From positions 744,001 through 808,000 of the forward strand of contig JAYWIR010000035.1 in NCBI GenBank assembly GCA_036172245.1: DNA of 64,000 nucleotides. The letters run 5' to 3'. Of this stretch, positions 63,646 through 64,000 are shown piece after piece (positions within the stretch are counted from its first letter, which is position 1; each line of letters begins with the position of its first letter). The DNA comes from Raillietiella orientalis (lineage: Eukaryota). The notes under the pieces were generated by a model. It made no database searches. It worked only from the letters and a program-made list of their open reading frames with translations, and was not told the origin of the DNA. The position numbers were made by a program, and so were the translations under genes.

Positions 63646-64000
63646 CTCCGGCGGCTATGCGCAGCCACCGAAGCATGGCTCAGAGCGGGCTTCAGCTTCT
63701 ACAAATGGTAACCCTTTCAAAGGAGAACTCTTCGATATCCGGCAGCCCCACGAACTGTAGTACTGGTTACAGGAAGCAGTTCAAAGGTGAGGGTAAATCC
63801 AGGAGACGAGCCCGGAGTAATTCGCGTCTGCGATTCTCCAGGTACGCTTGTCGAAGGAGATCGTACAGAGCCCCAGGAAGAGAACTTGGGAGGAAAGTAC
63901 CCCTGTTATCTGGGTGCTGCCCCTCCCTGCGGGAGAACGGTAGCCATCTGGCAAAATGGAAGGTTACCTGCGAGACCTCAGGGAGAATGAAACTCATTGG

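Overview
Eukaryotic, probably arthropod, genomic DNA with spliceosomal introns and no prokaryotic operons or CRISPR. Composition by eye: very AT-rich at 1-3 kb, intermediate at 3-18 kb, very GC/CpG-rich at about 18.5-40 kb, intermediate thereafter. The window starts in the 5' coding exons of an LZTR1 orthologue (minus strand). At 4-18.5 kb lie three minus-strand paralogues of a small secreted-precursor-like gene that I cannot assign to a known family; they share the C-terminal motif FQPxGPNGxP...FGFYxR. A decayed NeSL/Utopia-like RLE retrotransposon lies among them. The GC-rich core is a nest of decayed Tx1/L1-clade LINE fragments interleaved with a ~1-kb structured tRNA(His)-like-headed SINE carrying an internal ~40-bp tandem repeat. 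It also holds two MULE-like MITEs and decayed intronless SPOP-like (MATH-BTB) and EAR-repeat sequences. Seven LINE 3' ends finish in a conserved hairpin motif with little or no poly(A). One SINE-head/LINE-tail chimera is bounded by a perfect 11-bp TSD. At 47.5-57.3 kb a phase-consistent six-exon type I membrane protein gene can be reconstructed; its exon 2 is interrupted by a 272-bp inverted copy of downstream intronic DNA. A decayed hAT (Buster/Charlie-like) transposon with TIRs lies at 58.9-61.5 kb. All homology calls are motif recognition by eye, not database searches.
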